DNA of 55,751 nt from Akkermansia muciniphila (lineage in GTDB: Bacteria > Verrucomicrobiota > Verrucomicrobiia > Limisphaerales > SIAT01). The first letter of the stretch is position 1. Each line of letters opens with the position of its first letter. Where the stretch lies: contig CAMASG010000005.1 in assembly GCA_945860945.1 (NCBI GenBank), positions 1-55,751 of the forward strand, read 5' to 3'. The position numbers were made by a program, and so were the translations under genes. Shown in pieces: positions 9,433 through 18,985 of the stretch. The notes below the pieces were generated by a model, which did no database searches, was not told the DNA's origin, and saw only the letters and a program-made list of their open reading frames with translations.

Positions 9433-9903
9433 ATGGCCAGCTTTAACAAAGTCATCCTCATCGGGAACCTTACGAGGGATCCCGAGCTCCGCTATACGCC
9501 CAAGGGCACGGCTATCGCCAAGATTGGCCTCGCCGTGAACCGTAATTGGACTAGCGAGACCGGTGAGAAGAAGGAAGAGGTCACGTTTGTGGACGTGGAC
9601 GCTTTCGGCAAGCAGGCAGAGGTGATTGGCCAGTATCTCAAGAAGGGCCGTCCAATCATGGTCGAAGGCCGCCTCAAGCTCGACCAGTGGGACGACAAGC
9701 AGACCGGCCAGAAGCGCAGTCGCCTCGGCGTGGTGCTCGAGCAGTTTCAATTTATCGATTCCGGTCGCGGTGGCGAAAATCAAGGCGGCCAAGCTGGACA
9801 CGGTGGCGGCGAATCCGCCCCGCGCCCCGCGCGTCCTGCAGGAACCGCCCCAACGAAGGACGCTGACGCGCCTCCGCTCGAAGACGACGACGTGCCGTTC
9901 TGA
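9433..9903 (+). CDS. ssb: Single-stranded DNA-binding protein
   Basis: NKVILIGNLTRDPELRY, VEGRL, acidic DDDVPF tail. Confidence 0.98.
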   Translation: MASFNKVILIGNLTRDPELRYTPKGTAIAKIGLAVNRNWTSETGEKKEEVTFVDVDAFGKQAEVIGQYLKKGRPIMVEGRLKLDQWDDKQTGQKRSRLGVVLEQFQFIDSGRGGENQGGQAGHGGGESAPRPARPAGTAPTKDADAPPLEDDDVPF

Positions 9904-9951
9904 ACCATTTTATCCGCGTGTGCGGGCCGCAATATTTAACCCATTTTTCCT

Positions 9952-10506
9952 ATGAAGACTGAAGTCATCCTCACTCACCAGATCGCCGGTCTCGGCGGCG
10001 AATCCGATCAGGTCAAGGTCGCGGCCGGTTACGCCCGCAATTACCTTTTCCCGCAAGGCTTGGCCATCCCCGTCACCGCGTCCAACAAGCGCCGTCTCGA
10101 CGCTCTGCGCCAGCGTCGCGGCGAGCGCGAGTCGCACGAACTGAATTCGATGACCGAGATTTCCAAGAGCCTTTCGAAGCTCGTCCTCATCATCAAGGTG
10201 AAGACCGGCGACGACGGCAAGATGTTCGGCGCTGTGACCGCCGGCACCATCGCCGACGAGTTGAAGACGCAGTTCGACGTCTCGCTCGATAAGAAGAAGA
10301 TTGTTCTGCCGCAGTCCATCCGGCACGTCGGCGATGCCGAAGTGCCGCTCAAGTTGCACGCGGACGTCTCTGGCGTGCTCAAGATTCGTATCGAGAGCAC
10401 CACGCCGGCGCCCGCGCCGGTTGAAGAGCCGAAGGGCAAAGATGCCCCCAAGCCCGAGCGGTACGACCGCAGCCAGCAGCGCGTCATCAGGTCGCCCAAG
10501 GCCTAG
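9952..10506 (+). CDS. rplI: 50S ribosomal protein bL9
   Basis: VAAGYARNYLFPQGLA and GKMFGAVT. Confidence 0.97.
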   Translation: MKTEVILTHQIAGLGGESDQVKVAAGYARNYLFPQGLAIPVTASNKRRLDALRQRRGERESHELNSMTEISKSLSKLVLIIKVKTGDDGKMFGAVTAGTIADELKTQFDVSLDKKKIVLPQSIRHVGDAEVPLKLHADVSGVLKIRIESTTPAPAPVEEPKGKDAPKPERYDRSQQRVIRSPKA

Positions 10507-10529
10507 TAACAGCAGCGTTTCGTTTTCAC

Positions 10530-10557
10530 AGGCGGGCCTTTAATGGCCCGCCTTTTT
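10530..10557 (+). terminator. Intrinsic terminator after rplI
   Basis: AGGCGGGCC-tttaat-GGCCCGCCT followed by a T-run. Confidence 0.85.
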
Positions 10558-10668
10558 ACTTTTGCAGTGCGTCGTGAAGTTGTGCCACGAGGTTTGTGAA
10601 AAAGTTGCGAATGACTTCGCACAACTCCGCGTTGCTACGCCCGCCTCTTTCTCGTTTCCTTCCTGCGC

Positions 10669-12183
10669 ATGATTGACGCCAATGAGACTCCCGTGAACCC
10701 GCCCGCCGACCTCGCCCGCGCGCGTCGGCGCAAAGCCGTTGTCGCGTCGTCGCATGTGGATCGCTTGCCGCCGCATTCCATCGAGGCCGAGCAGGGTGTG
10801 ATCGGCTGTCTGCTTATCTCCCCGAACGAATGCATCACCAGCTGTCTCAAGCTCATTCGTTCTCCGCGTGTGATCACGGAGACTCGCAGGAAGGATGCGG
10901 ATGCTGAAATTCAAACGGCGTTCTTCTACGATCTGAAGCATCAAGCCATCTTTGAGTCGCTCGTGGATATGTACGAGCAGAAGGAGGCCATCGACATCAT
11001 CACGCTTCAGCAGCGGCTCAAGGATAAGAAGATTCTCGATCAGGTCGGCGGCGTGGCCTATCTCTCCTTCCTCATCGACTCCGTCCCTTCAGCGGCGAAT
11101 CTGGACTTCTATCTCAACATCGTTTGGGACAAATATATCCTGCGAAAGATGGTGCAGACGTGTCTCTCGATGGTGAGTCAGGCCTACGAGTTCGAGGGCG
11201 AAATGCCGCGACTGCTCGATGAGGTGGAGAGCCGCATCTTGAAGATCAGCGAAGAGCGCGTGAAAGAGTCGGGCAACACGATGAAGGAGTTGGTGCAGGC
11301 CTCCATCGCCAAGATCGAGGAATACCACAGCCGAAAAGGGGCCATCAGCGGGCTCGCCACTGGCTTTCATGACTTCGACAAGATGACCGATGGGCTGCAT
11401 CCGGGAGAGATGATTGTCATCGCCGCGCGTCCTGCGATGGGCAAAACCTCCCTGGCGATGAATATCGCCGAGCACGTGGCGATTGATCTGAATCTCCCCG
11501 TCGCCGTGTTCAGTTTGGAGATGACCGCCGAATCGCTGGTGACGCGTACTCTCTTCAGCCGCGCCCGGATGAATCTCAAAAGCGTGCGCGACGGATTCAT
11601 GGCCAACCGCGATTTCCCCAAGCTCCTGGCCGCCGCCGGCAAGCTGACCAACGCGCCGCTTCATGTGGATGATACACCGGGCCTTTCCATCCTCCAACTG
11701 CGCGCCCGTGCCCGTCGTTTGCATCAGCAGCACGGCATAAAACTCATTGTAATTGACTATCTCCAGCTGCTTCACTCTACTTCGCGGCGCGCGTCGGACA
11801 ATCGGCAGCAGGAGATCGCGGAGATCTCCGGCGGCGTGAAAGCGCTGGCCAAAGAGCTGAGCCTTCCCGTAATCGTGCTGGCCCAGCTCAACCGCGAAAT
11901 GGAACGCGAGAAAAACCGCAAGCCGCGGCTCTCCGACCTTCGCGAATCCGGCGCGATTGAGCAGGATGCCGACCTTGTTGGCCTGCTCTATCAGCCGAAT
12001 AAGGGCGAGGACGAAGATGGCGCGCCGCGCGAGGACGTTCCCGGCGAGGGAGTCCCGACGAACTTGGTCATCGCCAAGCAGCGTAACGGTCCGACGGGCG
12101 ACGTGAATCTCACGTTCCTCAAGTCGTACACGCGCTTCGAGAGTGTAAGCCGGGTCAGCCCGGAGGATGTGCCGACTGAATGA
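10669..12183 (+). CDS. dnaB: Replicative DNA helicase
   Basis: PPHSIEAEQ, ARPAMGKT (Walker A), IDYLQL, DLRESGAIEQDAD, KQRNGP. Confidence 0.98.
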   Translation: MIDANETPVNPPADLARARRRKAVVASSHVDRLPPHSIEAEQGVIGCLLISPNECITSCLKLIRSPRVITETRRKDADAEIQTAFFYDLKHQAIFESLVDMYEQKEAIDIITLQQRLKDKKILDQVGGVAYLSFLIDSVPSAANLDFYLNIVWDKYILRKMVQTCLSMVSQAYEFEGEMPRLLDEVESRILKISEERVKESGNTMKELVQASIAKIEEYHSRKGAISGLATGFHDFDKMTDGLHPGEMIVIAARPAMGKTSLAMNIAEHVAIDLNLPVAVFSLEMTAESLVTRTLFSRARMNLKSVRDGFMANRDFPKLLAAAGKLTNAPLHVDDTPGLSILQLRARARRLHQQHGIKLIVIDYLQLLHSTSRRASDNRQQEIAEISGGVKALAKELSLPVIVLAQLNREMEREKNRKPRLSDLRESGAIEQDADLVGLLYQPNKGEDEDGAPREDVPGEGVPTNLVIAKQRNGPTGDVNLTFLKSYTRFESVSRVSPEDVPTE

Positions 12184-14813
12184 AAATCAACCGCCGCTTT
12201 TTTCGACGCTGGGGCATGGCCATGGGCCTGTTCCTCGCTTTCGCCCTGCCGTTGCTCGGCCAGGAGATCAAGTTCCCCGCGCCGATTCAGGAGATTGAAA
12301 TCCGCTACGCCGGCCCCAAGACCGTCGGCGAAGATTACGTCCGCTCCCACATCCGGCTCAAGAAGGGCGACAGCTACACTCCCGGCGCTGACAACGACGA
12401 CATCAAGAATCTCAAGGCCAGCGGCCGTTTTCATAACATCCGCACCGCGCTTGCGCCGGTCACCGGCGGCATCAAGCTCATCTACGAGGTGCAGTGCAGC
12501 CTCAACGTGACCAGTGTCACGATTCAGGGCGTCGAGGGTGCCCGTGTGGTTCCCGCTTCCAAGCTCAAGATTAAGCTCTCCAAACTCGAGGCCGCGCTCG
12601 GAACCAAGATTGGCGCGCCGCTCTCCGACGTGAAGCTTTTCCTCGACCGCAAAGCGCTTGCCGACCTCTATCTCAAGGACGGCTACCATCAAATCCAAGT
12701 CGAAGAGCCGCGCCAATCGATCAAACTCGATGACGGCACGGTGGAGATTACTTTCCGGGTTTACGAAGGCGAGAAGGTCAAGATCGACAAGATTGAGATG
12801 ACCGGCGCGAAGGCGTTCACCGCCGACAAACTCAAGGGTGTGGTCAAGACCCGCGAACGTCGCCGCTGGTGGAATCCGATTTCGTGGTTCACCGGCGACG
12901 GGAAGTTGATCGCTGACCAGATTCAGGACGACGTCGATGCGTTGATTGAGCATTATCAGTCCGAAGGTTTTCTCGATGCCGCGGCTGAAGTGGAAAAATC
13001 CACCGACAAGGAAGCGACCGCTTTCATCGCTGCTCGCGACCAGTTCCGTGTTGCCCAAGAAGCTGAGGAAGCGGCCACCGTGAAGCTCGCCCGCGCGAAA
13101 CGCGCTAACGACAAGCTCGTAATCGAGACCGCAGAGAAGGAGTTGGACGCCGCTGAAGATAAGGCCAAGGACGCGCGCAAGGCGTATGAGAAGCAGGCGG
13201 ATGCCATCTCGCTCGCGAAGGTGACTTTCAAGATTAACGAAGGCGCGCGGTATCGCGTCGGTACCATCAAGATAGAGAAGGCGCGTCTGGAAGGTGAGGA
13301 ACTTGGCAAGCTGCTTTTCCCTGCGGAAGAGATGGCCGCCGCGCTCCAGCTTCGGTCCGGTGCGATTTTCCGGCCGAGTCTCGCCAACAAGGATGAGGAC
13401 AGCATCCGCGAGTATTACGGCAGCCGCGGATACGCCAACACCCGCATCGGCGTGCGTCGCGCGCCGAACGTGCAGACCGGCGCGATGGACATCGTTTATT
13501 TGGTCACCGAGGGAGCGAAAACCTCCATCGAGCAGATTCGGATCGAGGGCAACGAAAAGACGAAGGACCTCGTCATCCGCCGCGAGTTGGCGATCGCGCC
13601 CGGCGAACAGTTCGACCTCGGCCGGATGCGCTTGAGCGAGCAGCGCATTGAGGGTCTCCGCCTTTTCGAGCGTGTGAAGGTGGACTACGAGCCCATCGAA
13701 GACCAGCCCGGCCGCGCCAACGTGATTGTCTCCGTCGCGGAGAAGGACTCGGGCCGTTTCGGCATCGGTGCCGGTTTCAGCACCGACTTCGGCGTGTTCG
13801 GCAACGTCAGTTTCTCACAGGAGAACTTCGATCTGCTCCGCTGGAAGACGCCGCACCTGATGCAAGGCGCGGGCCAGAAGCTCCGAGTGAACGCCACCGT
13901 CGGCTCCGAGTTGCGCCGGTACGAGCTTCAGTTCATCGAGCCGTGGTTGCTCGGTCGCAAGCTCGAGTTGGACGTGAATCTCTTCAGCCGCGAACAGTAT
14001 TTCTACAGCCAAGTGCAGACGAGCGATCGGCTTTACACCATTGATGAAACCGGTGCGAGTGTTGGCATCACCCGCACGCTCGGCAACGATTTCCTGCGCG
14101 GCAGCTTGAGCTATTCGCTTCAAAGCTCCGGCCTGACGGATGTCGCCTCGACCGCCTCCAGCGAAATTGCTCAGGAAGCTGGGCGCGACATGATCTCGAA
14201 GTTCGGCGGCGCTCTCGCTTATGACACGCGCAACGCCGGCGTGCGCAGCCGCATCCCCGATGCTGGGCAAAAAACGCAACTCAGCGCGAACGTCGCGGGC
14301 GGACCGATGATGGGCGACGCCGACTTCTACGGCGTGGATCTTTTCAGCGCGTGGTATTTCAAGGGCTTTGGCGAGGATCACGTGATCGAGTTGGTTGGCC
14401 AGACTTCGGTGGTGAACAACTTCGGCGACTCGACCCGTGTACCGCTTCTGCACCGCCATTTCCTCGGCGGCTCGAGTAACCTGCGCGGCTTCGGCTATCG
14501 GCAGGTCGGTCCGCGCGACGCCAACGGCGAACCGGTCGGCGGCAAGACGATGTATCGCGGCACCCTCGAATACAGCGTGCCGACGCCGCTCGAAATCCTC
14601 CGCGCCGCGGCTTTCTACGACGTGGGCGGCGTCTCGCGCGACGCGCTCAACTACGACCTCAGCGGTCGCAACGACAACTGGGGTCTTGGCCTTCGGATCG
14701 ACATCCCGTTCCTCGGCCCGCTCCGTATGGATTACGGTTTCCCCATCAAAGATGACGGTCGCAACGGCGGCGGTCAGCTCAACGTTAGTTTTGGCTACAC
14801 CACCGCATTCTGA
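12180..14813 (+). CDS. bamA: Outer membrane protein assembly factor BamA
   Basis: Signal peptide, five POTRA-like repeats, LRGF barrel motif, terminal Phe; followed by skp. Confidence 0.95.
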   Translation: MKINRRFFRRWGMAMGLFLAFALPLLGQEIKFPAPIQEIEIRYAGPKTVGEDYVRSHIRLKKGDSYTPGADNDDIKNLKASGRFHNIRTALAPVTGGIKLIYEVQCSLNVTSVTIQGVEGARVVPASKLKIKLSKLEAALGTKIGAPLSDVKLFLDRKALADLYLKDGYHQIQVEEPRQSIKLDDGTVEITFRVYEGEKVKIDKIEMTGAKAFTADKLKGVVKTRERRRWWNPISWFTGDGKLIADQIQDDVDALIEHYQSEGFLDAAAEVEKSTDKEATAFIAARDQFRVAQEAEEAATVKLARAKRANDKLVIETAEKELDAAEDKAKDARKAYEKQADAISLAKVTFKINEGARYRVGTIKIEKARLEGEELGKLLFPAEEMAAALQLRSGAIFRPSLANKDEDSIREYYGSRGYANTRIGVRRAPNVQTGAMDIVYLVTEGAKTSIEQIRIEGNEKTKDLVIRRELAIAPGEQFDLGRMRLSEQRIEGLRLFERVKVDYEPIEDQPGRANVIVSVAEKDSGRFGIGAGFSTDFGVFGNVSFSQENFDLLRWKTPHLMQGAGQKLRVNATVGSELRRYELQFIEPWLLGRKLELDVNLFSREQYFYSQVQTSDRLYTIDETGASVGITRTLGNDFLRGSLSYSLQSSGLTDVASTASSEIAQEAGRDMISKFGGALAYDTRNAGVRSRIPDAGQKTQLSANVAGGPMMGDADFYGVDLFSAWYFKGFGEDHVIELVGQTSVVNNFGDSTRVPLLHRHFLGGSSNLRGFGYRQVGPRDANGEPVGGKTMYRGTLEYSVPTPLEILRAAAFYDVGGVSRDALNYDLSGRNDNWGLGLRIDIPFLGPLRMDYGFPIKDDGRNGGGQLNVSFGYTTAF

Positions 14814-14825
14814 TTCAATCACACC

Positions 14826-15515
14826 ATGAAAATCGCACTTCGTTACCTCGTTCTTGCCACACTGGCATTCATCGTCCCCAGCATCTCCGCCGCCGCTGAA
14901 CTGAAGCTCGCCACGGTGGACATGCGCAAACTCTTCGACGGCTACTGGAAGACGAAGCGGGCCGAGGCCGACCTGAAAGACAAAGCCACCGGCTTCGAGC
15001 AGAAGTTCAAGACGATGGCCGATGACCGTCAGAAATCCATCGAGACGCACCAGAAGATGGTAGGCAACGCCAGCGATCCCGCTCTTTCGCCTGAGGAACG
15101 CGAGAAGCGCAAGAAGCTCATCGAGGGCAAGGTGATCGAGATTCGCGAGATCGAGCAGGCGCTCCAGCAGTTCGACCGCTCCAGCCGCGAGACACTCACC
15201 ACCCAGCGACGCAACATCACCGAGAAGCTCACCGCGGAAATCCGCGATGTCATCAACGCCAAATCCAAGGCCGCCAGTTACGCGATGGTCTTCGATTCCT
15301 CCGGTATGTCTGGCCCGTTCGCTCCCGTTGTCATGTACCACAATGGACAGAGCGATTTGACCGACGACGTCCTTAAGCAGCTCAACGCCACCGCCCCGCC
15401 CGAGACTACGCCCGTGCCGCCGAAGAAGGAAGTCACCCCCGGCGAGACGAAACCGGCTCCGAAAAAGGACGAGCCGAAAAAGGACGAACCCAAGAAGGTC
15501 GAGCCGAAGAAATAA
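14826..15515 (+). CDS. skp: Periplasmic chaperone Skp/OmpH with Pro/Lys-rich tail
   Basis: Signal peptide, KLATVDM, coiled coil, DLTDDVLKQLN; directly after bamA. Confidence 0.9.
   Translation: MKIALRYLVLATLAFIVPSISAAAELKLATVDMRKLFDGYWKTKRAEADLKDKATGFEQKFKTMADDRQKSIETHQKMVGNASDPALSPEEREKRKKLIEGKVIEIREIEQALQQFDRSSRETLTTQRRNITEKLTAEIRDVINAKSKAASYAMVFDSSGMSGPFAPVVMYHNGQSDLTDDVLKQLNATAPPETTPVPPKKEVTPGETKPAPKKDEPKKDEPKKVEPKK
15459..15512 (+). repeat. 15-nt coding tandem repeat (PKKDE-PKKDE-PKKVE-PKK)
   Basis: ccgaaaaaggacgag ccgaaaaaggacgaa cccaagaaggtcgag ccgaagaaa. Confidence 0.8.
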
Positions 15516-15527
15516 CACCGACTGCCG

Positions 15528-16691
15528 ATGTCACCGGCTGTATCAATCAAGCCCGTGTCGTGCGGCCGAGAAGCGCAGTTTCGCCTCGCGATTGTCGCGG
15601 CGGCCTTGTTATTCAGCGGTGTTTTGTCCGGGTTCGCCGAGGATGCGTGGACGAAGATTGCTCCGCATTTTCAGCCGCCCGCAGAGTTCAAGGGTCAGCT
15701 CGGTTCTTACCAATCCCCGTTGCGTTTCGCCGATGGCCGGCTTGCGAAAACTCCTGAAGAATGGGCCAAACGGCGCGCTGAGATTCTCTCCGAATGGCAT
15801 CGGTTGATGGACCCGTGGCCGCCGCTTCTCGAGAAGCCACAGCTCGTCTTCCACGAGCAGACGCGTCGGGAGAACTTTCTCCAGCACAAAGTCACGGTGC
15901 CGATTGCGTCTGGTCAAACCGTGCCTGGCTACCTGCTCGTGCCGGAAGGGAAGGGGCCGTTCCCCGCAGTGGTGGTTCCATTCTACGACGCTGAAACCAG
16001 TGCTGGCTCGAACGAAAAGCAGCATCGCGATTTCGGCCGACTGCTTGCGCGACGTGGCTTTGTCGCGCTTTGCATCGGCTCGCCGAGCGGCGACGCGCGC
16101 AAGCCCGAACCGGGCCGTCCGGCTTGGCAACCGCTTTCGTTCCTCGCCTACGTCGCTGCGAACTGCCACACGCTGCTCGCGCAGCATCCGTCCGTGGATC
16201 CGGCCCGCATCGGTGTGGTCGGCCATTCCTACGGCGGGAAGTGGGCGATGTTCGCCTCGTGTTTATACGATAAGTTCGCTGCCGCCGCGTGGAGCGATCC
16301 GGGTATCGTTTTCGACGATGCGCGATCCAACATCAACTATTGGGAGCCGTGGTATCTCGGCCGCGACGAGAAGATGGTTCGCAAGCCCGGTCTCGTGACG
16401 CCCATGAACCCCCGCACGGGTGCATACAAAACGATGATGGAGGCGGGTCGCGATCTCCACGAACTGCACGCGTTGATGGCGCCGCGGCCGTTCCTCGTCT
16501 CCGGTGGCGCGGAAGATCCCCTGAAGCGCTGGGCGGTGTTGAACCACGCCGTGGCCGTGAATGCGTTGCTCGGTCAGACTAACCGCGTGGCGATGACGAA
16601 CCGCAAGGAGCACGGGCCGGATGCCGATTCGAACGAGCGGCTCTGCCTGTTCTTCGAGCATTTTCTGAAACCCACAAAAGCCGTCCGCTGA
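15528..16691 (+). CDS. Secreted alpha/beta hydrolase (carbohydrate esterase/dienelactone hydrolase-like)
   Basis: Signal-like segment, GHSYGG elbow, LMAPRP motif, late His. Start uncertain. Confidence 0.78.
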   Translation: MSPAVSIKPVSCGREAQFRLAIVAAALLFSGVLSGFAEDAWTKIAPHFQPPAEFKGQLGSYQSPLRFADGRLAKTPEEWAKRRAEILSEWHRLMDPWPPLLEKPQLVFHEQTRRENFLQHKVTVPIASGQTVPGYLLVPEGKGPFPAVVVPFYDAETSAGSNEKQHRDFGRLLARRGFVALCIGSPSGDARKPEPGRPAWQPLSFLAYVAANCHTLLAQHPSVDPARIGVVGHSYGGKWAMFASCLYDKFAAAAWSDPGIVFDDARSNINYWEPWYLGRDEKMVRKPGLVTPMNPRTGAYKTMMEAGRDLHELHALMAPRPFLVSGGAEDPLKRWAVLNHAVAVNALLGQTNRVAMTNRKEHGPDADSNERLCLFFEHFLKPTKAVR

Positions 16692-16697
16692 TTGCAC

Positions 16698-16910
16698 ATG
16701 ACTGATTCTCGGGAAGAACGATTGGAAAAGCTGGAGACGCAGGTCGCGTTCATGGAGCGGACGGTGGATGAGTTGAACTCAGTCCTGGTGGAGCAATCCA
16801 AGCAGATCACGAAGCTGCAGACGCAGCTGCGGAAGCTGTCCGATTCCGTCGAGTCGCAGGAGATGGAGCGTATCCGCTCGACCAATTCCAAGCCGCCGCA
16901 TTACCAGTAG
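16698..16910 (+). CDS. slyX: SlyX family protein
   Basis: ERLEKLETQVAFME coiled coil and C-terminal PPHY. Confidence 0.92.
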   Translation: MTDSREERLEKLETQVAFMERTVDELNSVLVEQSKQITKLQTQLRKLSDSVESQEMERIRSTNSKPPHYQ

Positions 16911-16911
16911 C

Positions 16912-16980
16912 GAATGATTGGCGGTTGATGGTTGGTGACGAGAAAGAACGCGCACCTCGATCCATCAGCCATCGGCATTC
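16912..16980. terminator. Long imperfect hairpin between convergent slyX and aldo/keto reductase genes
   Basis: GAATG-a-TTGGCGGTTGATGG pairs with CCATCAGCCATCGG-CATTC, using G-U pairs. Confidence 0.45.
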
Positions 16981-16982
16981 CA

Positions 16983-18164
16983 CTAACTCTGGCTCAACCG
17001 CTGCTTCGGCGCGTCGAGCAACAGTTCGTGCGCTTCGCGTAGAATCTCAGGAATGCGCGGGGCGAATGGGCTTTGGGCGATGGTGTGTGGGAGATTCTGC
17101 CAATCCGTTTTGCCGACATTTTCGCCGGGGAACCAGTGGTCGGCTTGACCGAGGAGATTGTAGCGCATTTTTCCCCAGTCCACGAGGTCGAGCGATTTCG
17201 CGTACGTCCAGAGGCGAAGGATCTCGTTGACGTTCACTTCGCCCGGCACGGTCACGTAGTGCGGCAGCCCTTCGTGCCAGCGCGCGCACCAATCGGCGCC
17301 GAGCACGCGTTCCATTTCGGCGCGCAGCCGCTTCTCGATGGCCGCGATGGTTTCGGGAATCTTGTCATAAAACTCCAGCGTGGCGACGTGCTCATCGAAA
17401 TCGCTCGGCCGCGCCGCACCGCAGCTCAGCGTGTGCACCTGCGGCCGCGAGAGGCAGTAGAGGCTGTTGAATTGCATCGGCGAAATCGGCGCGCAGAGCT
17501 GAACCATCTTCGGCGGCGGCGCGTAAAGTTTTCCGCCTTTGTCGTTGGGGCTGATGATGAAAATGCCCATGTCGCGCTTGGCCGCTTCTTCGATTGCCAC
17601 CCAGTTCAAATCGTTCACGAAGTACCAGTGCAGATTCACGTAGTCGAACTCGTCGCTCCGCACGGCGTCGAGGATGATGTCCGTCGTCGCGTGAGTGGAG
17701 AAGCCGACGTGGCGCACGCGGCCGTCGCGCTGCAGTTGGCGCATCGCTTCGACACAGCCGCCTTTGCGAAGCGACCAGTCGAGGAACTGGCGGTTGTTGA
17801 TGCCGTGCAGCGAAAGCAAATCCACGTAGTCCAGCTTCAGATAATCCATCGAGCGATTGAACGTCTCGATGAACTCCTTCTGCGTGGTGGCTGGCGCGAC
17901 CTTTGTCTGCACGATCAGCTTTTCGCGTGGAAGTTTCGCAAGCACGGGGCCGAGCTGCATCTCGCTCGAGCCGTAACCGCGCGCAGTCTCGATGTGATTG
18001 ATGCCGAGCGCGACCGCGCGGTGAATGGTCGCCTCGAGATTGGCCTGACCTTCGGGCGGCACCTCGCTCCACGGGACGTCCTGCCACTTGTGCTGATAAC
18101 GCATCCCGCCGCAGGAGAAGACGGGCAGTTGCAAATTCGTGCGGCCGAAACGGCGATAGCGCAT
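16983..18164 (-). CDS. Aldo/keto reductase family oxidoreductase
   Basis: [31 protein letters not shown]. Confidence 0.92.
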   Translation of the reverse strand: MRYRRFGRTNLQLPVFSCGGMRYQHKWQDVPWSEVPPEGQANLEATIHRAVALGINHIETARGYGSSEMQLGPVLAKLPREKLIVQTKVAPATTQKEFIETFNRSMDYLKLDYVDLLSLHGINNRQFLDWSLRKGGCVEAMRQLQRDGRVRHVGFSTHATTDIILDAVRSDEFDYVNLHWYFVNDLNWVAIEEAAKRDMGIFIISPNDKGGKLYAPPPKMVQLCAPISPMQFNSLYCLSRPQVHTLSCGAARPSDFDEHVATLEFYDKIPETIAAIEKRLRAEMERVLGADWCARWHEGLPHYVTVPGEVNVNEILRLWTYAKSLDLVDWGKMRYNLLGQADHWFPGENVGKTDWQNLPHTIAQSPFAPRIPEILREAHELLLDAPKQRLSQS

Positions 18165-18278
18165 GGGCTTGTTATGCCATCGCTCGGCATCGTGTAGCAA
18201 TCCCCCCATTGCTTTGGGAACAGTTTTCGCTGAATGAGGAATACGATCCGACTGGATGCCGGAGTGGCGGCGGCGCGT

Positions 18279-18842
18279 TCAGATTAACACATTCCGTCTC
18301 TCGGTTTCGCTCATGACAATCCATTTTCCTGCCGGTAAGTTTCCAAGATAGAACGCCCCGATTCGCACGCGGATAAGTCGCAATGTGGGATGGCCGATGG
18401 AGGCGGTCATTCGGCGCACTTGCCGGTTTTTCCCTTCCACTAATTCCAATCCGATCCAACAGTCGGACACGTTTTTGCGGTGACGGATCGGCGGTTCGCG
18501 TGGCGGCATTTCCGGTTGTGGATTGAGCAGCCACGTCCGGCAGGGAAGGGTTTTGTATTCTTGGATGACGATGCCCTTCTCCAGTTTCGCGAGCGCTGCG
18601 CTCGTCGGGACACGCTCGACTTGCGCCCAGTATTCGCGCTCGTGCGCATGGCGCGGGTGAAGGAGGCGCGTGTTCAGACCAGGCTCATCCGTGAACAGCA
18701 GCAACCCCTCGCTGTCGGCGTCGAGTCGGCCGATGGGATAAACATTCTTTGGGAAACCGAACTCCGCGAGCGGCCGATTCGGCGAGTCGTCCGGCGTGAA
18801 CTGACTGAGGACGCCGTAGGGCTTGTGAAAGGCGATGAGCAT
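18279..18842 (-). CDS. rRNA pseudouridine synthase, RsuA/RluE family
   Basis: HKPYGVLSQF, GRLDADSEGLLL, EGKNRQVRRM. Confidence 0.95.
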   Translation of the reverse strand: MLIAFHKPYGVLSQFTPDDSPNRPLAEFGFPKNVYPIGRLDADSEGLLLFTDEPGLNTRLLHPRHAHEREYWAQVERVPTSAALAKLEKGIVIQEYKTLPCRTWLLNPQPEMPPREPPIRHRKNVSDCWIGLELVEGKNRQVRRMTASIGHPTLRLIRVRIGAFYLGNLPAGKWIVMSETERRNVLI

Positions 18843-18985
18843 CTGCTGGATTCCACAACGCCAAGAAGCCGCCGCAGAGACAAGCCTTTTCGCGCCCGCT
18901 TCGGGGTTCTTTGAGAATGTTTTTGGTTAGACCGTATATGTCTATCCTCGTGCGATAGGTTTGTCGCGTAACTGAAAGGACCAAT

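Noticed and set aside
10594-10624. DnaA-box-like TGTGAAAAA upstream of dnaB
   Set aside because: Single imperfect match with no cluster or unwinding element; no support for an origin.
11425-11460. Possible intein in DnaB
   Set aside because: Walker A and later motifs are contiguous and the protein length is normal.
13815-15518. Long antisense ORFs here and at 30534..31856, 39717..41327, 42301..44106, 42693..44942 and 51577..52791
   Set aside because: Shadow frames expected from high-GC codon bias opposite well-supported genes.
18905-18920. Possible Verrucomicrobia LexA box (TGTTC-N4-GAACA)
   Set aside because: GGTTC-tttga-GAATG has the wrong spacing and mismatched half-sites.
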